Shown here piece after piece: positions 62,252 to 64,000 of a DNA stretch of 64,000 nucleotides (the first letter of the stretch is position 1; each line of letters starts with the position of its first letter). The stretch covers positions 31 to 64,030 of the forward strand of contig DASRNI010000002.1 in NCBI GenBank assembly GCA_035647455.1, written 5' to 3'. A program made the position numbers and the translations under genes. The notes below the pieces were generated by a model. That model did no database searches. It saw only the letters and a program-made list of their open reading frames with translations, and was not told the origin of the DNA. Source of the stretch: Bacilli bacterium (lineage in GTDB: Bacteria; Bacillota_I; Bacilli_A; RFN20; CAG-826).

Positions 62252-63280
62252 ATGTCAATTAAAGTTGCAATTAACGGATTTGGACGGATTGGTCGTCTTT
62301 CATTCCGTCGTATCGTCGAAGAAGGCGATATGGAAGTAGTAGCAATTAATGATTTAACTGATGCTGCTAATTTAGCCTATCTCTTAAAGTATGATAGTGC
62401 TCATGGCCCATTCCACGTTGATGATATCAGCGTTAATGCGGCTGGTAATGCGATTGTTTTTAAAGGTCGCGAAATTCCTGTCATTGGTCAACCCGACCCA
62501 ACCAAAATCGATTGGAGTGAATACGGTGTTGATATCGTTTTAGAAAGTACCGGACGTTTCCGTGGTAAAAAAGACGCGAGTGTTCATTTAGATCCAGGCG
62601 TTAAGGGTGTCGTCATTAGTGCACCAGCCGATAGCGAAACACCAATGTTCGTTTACGGTGTCAACTGCGATAATGTTACGAAAGAAATGAGCGTTATTAG
62701 TGGTGCAAGCTGTACAACAAACTGCTTAGCTCCAGTTGCCAAAGTTTTAGATGATAACTTCGGCATTAAACGTGGTTTCATGACAACTGTTCACGCATAC
62801 ACGAATGACCAAACGATTTTAGACTTACCGAAGGCAAACTTCCGTCGTGGTCGTGCGGGTGCCCAAAATATCGTCCCATCATCAACTGGTGCGGCGAAAG
62901 CAATCGGTGCCGTTATTCCAAAACTTAACGGTAAACTTGATGGTGGAGCGTTCCGTGTTCCTGTTTTAGACGGCTCACTCGTTGACTTAACTGTTGTTTT
63001 AGATAAAAAAGTTACAGTTGAGGCAATTCATGACGCCATTAAAGCTGCCAGTAACGGTGCGCTTAAAGATGTCTTAGCATACACAGAAGACGAAATCGTC
63101 AGTACCGATGTTATCGGTCATACTGCCGGAGCAATCTTTGATGCAAGTGGTACAAAAGTACTCGAAACTGATGGCGAGCAAATCGTTAAAGTTACGGCAT
63201 GGTACGATAACGAATACGGCTACGTTTGCCAATACATTCGTTTAGCCCGTAAACTTGCACATGCGCATGGTGTTAAATAA
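62252..63280 (+). CDS. gap: Glyceraldehyde-3-phosphate dehydrogenase
   Basis: INGFGRIGR NAD motif and ASCTTNCLAP active site. Confidence 0.97.
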   Translation: MSIKVAINGFGRIGRLSFRRIVEEGDMEVVAINDLTDAANLAYLLKYDSAHGPFHVDDISVNAAGNAIVFKGREIPVIGQPDPTKIDWSEYGVDIVLESTGRFRGKKDASVHLDPGVKGVVISAPADSETPMFVYGVNCDNVTKEMSVISGASCTTNCLAPVAKVLDDNFGIKRGFMTTVHAYTNDQTILDLPKANFRRGRAGAQNIVPSSTGAAKAIGAVIPKLNGKLDGGAFRVPVLDGSLVDLTVVLDKKVTVEAIHDAIKAASNGALKDVLAYTEDEIVSTDVIGHTAGAIFDASGTKVLETDGEQIVKVTAWYDNEYGYVCQYIRLARKLAHAHGVK

Positions 63281-63301
63281 ATCGACAAACGAAAAGTAGT
63301 T

Positions 63302-63325
63302 AAAGCGCCTTCGGGCGCTTTTTTA
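63302..63325 (+). terminator. Hairpin with T run between gap and pgk (terminator or attenuator)
   Basis: AAAGCGCC-TTCG-GGCGCTTT followed by Ts. Confidence 0.8.
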
Positions 63326-63340
63326 AGAGAAGGAGACAAT

Positions 63341-64000
63341 ATGCGAAATATTAAAGATTTAAACTTGAACAAAAAGAGAGTATTAATTCGCTGTGATTTT
63401 AACGTTCCTTTTGCTGGTGACGTGATTAGTGATGATAACCGCATTGTTAGTGCATTACCGACAATTAAGCACGCCTTAGAAGCTGGGGCAAAAGTAATTC
63501 TTTTCTCACACTTAGGGAAAGTAAAGCACGGTGGCACAGCGGAAGAGCTTGCGAAAACAAAAGCAAAAAACGATATGAAAATTGTTCACCGCCGTTTACA
63601 AGAAATTTTTGGTGAAGATGTTGTTAGTTTTAGTAAAGAGACACTAGGTCCGAACGTTAAAGATCACGTTGATGGTTTAAAAGCTGGGCACATTTTATTA
63701 CTACAAAATACACGTTATGAAGCAGGAGAAACGAAGAATAGTCGTGAATTAGCAGAAGAATGGGCGAGTTTAGCCGATGTTTACGTTAATGATGCATTCG
63801 GAACTTCGCACCGCAAACACGCTTCAACGTACGGCGTTCCGGAAATTTTAAAAGCGCAAGGTAAAGAAGTAGCAGTCGGCTTTTTAGTCGCCAAAGAAAT
63901 TGATGCATTAAGCCGCGTCGTTCATGTAAATGAAAAAGATCGGCCTTACGTCGCTGTTATTGGTGGCTTCAAAGTAAGTGACAAAATTAAAGTCATTGAA
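63341..64000 (+). CDS. pgk: Phosphoglycerate kinase, 3' end cut by window edge
   Basis: Absent from the ORF track because no stop falls in the window. My translation is MRNIKDLNLNKKRVLIRCDFNVP...ILFSHLGK...NTRYEAGE...YVNDAFGTSHRKHAST, open to nt 64000. Confidence 0.93.
   Translation, partial: MRNIKDLNLNKKRVLIRCDFNVPFAGDVISDDNRIVSALPTIKHALEAGAKVILFSHLGKVKHGGTAEELAKTKAKNDMKIVHRRLQEIFGEDVVSFSKETLGPNVKDHVDGLKAGHILLLQNTRYEAGETKNSRELAEEWASLADVYVNDAFGTSHRKHASTYGVPEILKAQGKEVAVGFLVAKEIDALSRVVHVNEKDRPYVAVIGGFKVSDKIKVIE

Overview
This window is almost entirely core information-processing genes from an AT-rich, lipoprotein-rich genome of the low-GC Gram-positive lineage (Bacillota/Mycoplasmatota-like). 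It uses the standard code: TGA is a stop at rpsQ and rpmG, and Trp is TGG. All but two genes are on the + strand. In order: tgt(partial)-queA-queH; a complete S10-spc-alpha ribosomal cluster (rpsJ to rplQ, including secY-adk-map-infA-rpmJ and rpoA, but no rpmD/L30); a small membrane protein and a HAD hydrolase; cysS-rlmB-like-SigH-like sigma-rpmG-secE-nusG-rplKAJL-methyltransferase-rpoB-rpoC; two paralogous M6-like metalloprotease lipoproteins; rpsL-rpsG-fusA-tuf; two paralogous split-RDD membrane proteins; a five-gene CUT1-type ABC operon (enlarged MalK-like ATPase, two permeases, a binding lipoprotein and an extra lipoprotein); pyruvate:ferredoxin oxidoreductase; tRNA-Pro(GGG) and a membrane protein on the - strand; uvrA-lgt-HAD-trxB-whiA-XRE; and gap-pgk(partial). 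I found no CRISPR array, transposase, integrase, phage, toxin-antitoxin or recognisable defence genes, so I cannot support a claim of a new multi-gene system here. The points most worth a second look are: (1) the M6-like lipoprotein cassette wedged into the normally invariant rpoC-rpsL junction and bracketed by collinear direct repeats; (2) charged low-complexity extensions on several ribosomal proteins, especially about 20 AKPKAx hexapeptide repeats fused to the N-terminus of L5, and an EEVVEE acidic module shared by L3, S17 and the ABC ATPase; (3) the tandem split-RDD pair and the ABC operon with an OB-fold-like lipoprotein; (4) several short conserved motifs or palindromes in promoter and leader regions. 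All functional calls rest on motif recognition by eye and conserved gene order. No database search was run.
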